Both the position numbers and the translations under genes were made by a program. DNA of 63,856 nucleotides, counting the filler, from Octopus bimaculoides (taxonomy: Eukaryota), in NCBI RefSeq assembly GCF_001194135.2. It is 5 parts of 5 records of this genome, joined end to end, with 100 filler letters (N's around TTAATTAATTAA, not from the genome) between each part and the next. Parts side by side here need not be neighbours in the genome. Positions count along the whole stretch, not along the records: positions 62,848 to 63,856 come from NW_026411267.1; 4 more parts are not named here. One strand, 5' to 3'. Below the pieces are notes generated by a model, which had not been told where the DNA came from, made no database searches, and worked only from the letters and a program-made list of their open reading frames with translations. Each line of letters begins with the position of its first letter. The stretch's first letter is position 1. Positions 63,580 through 63,856 of this stretch are shown piece after piece.

Positions 63580-63856
63580 TATAGTAACTGTTGTTGTTGT
63601 TGTTGTTGATGATGATGATGATGACGACGTTGATGATGATAATGGTGGCGGCGATGATGATGATAATGATGAGGATGGTTGTGGTGGTAGTGGTGGTGGT
63701 GGTGGCGATGGTGTGGATAAGGATGATGATGTTGATGCTGTTGTTGATGCTGATGATTATGATAATAATGATGATGATGACGACGACAACGATGATGATG
63801 AAAATGATGATCTAAAAAGATCCTTGTATTCAGAACCCCTCCTCCTCCTCCTCCTC
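63580..63856. repeat. compound (GTT)/(GAT)/(GGT)/(CCT)n repeats
   Basis: Direct reading. Confidence 0.9.

Overview
AT-rich, repeat-saturated eukaryotic draft scaffold with many N gaps and four TTAATTAATTAA gap-linker islands. The SINE families and microsatellite load suggest an octopus-like cephalopod (inference). I see no intact protein-coding gene, rRNA, tRNA or CRISPR array, and nearly all long ORFs in the track are microsatellite or N artefacts. The window is a TE graveyard: Helitron Rep/helicase fragments and termini, three hAT relics (one nested three levels deep, one with an internal inversion), two mariner fragments and one maT (DD37D) fragment, two solo LTRs, Penelope-like element (PLE) fragments, an RTE-like 3' end, many R4/Dong-like RLE LINE fragments sitting in (TAA)n or (TACA)n tracts, a TAG-terminated MITE and dozens of copies of three tRNA-derived SINE families. 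The most notable signals are: (1) a ~343-bp retrozyme-like unit with type I hammerhead ribozymes in a PLE-style inverted plus partial-tandem layout (24881-25491), with further hammerhead relics elsewhere; (2) two microsatellite-target classes of RLE LINEs with conserved, apparently structured 3' UTR motifs, one showing compensatory changes; (3) a twin-priming-type 5' inversion in an RLE LINE; (4) ORF-less elements bounded by the same microsatellites; and (5) several long near-perfect palindromes.
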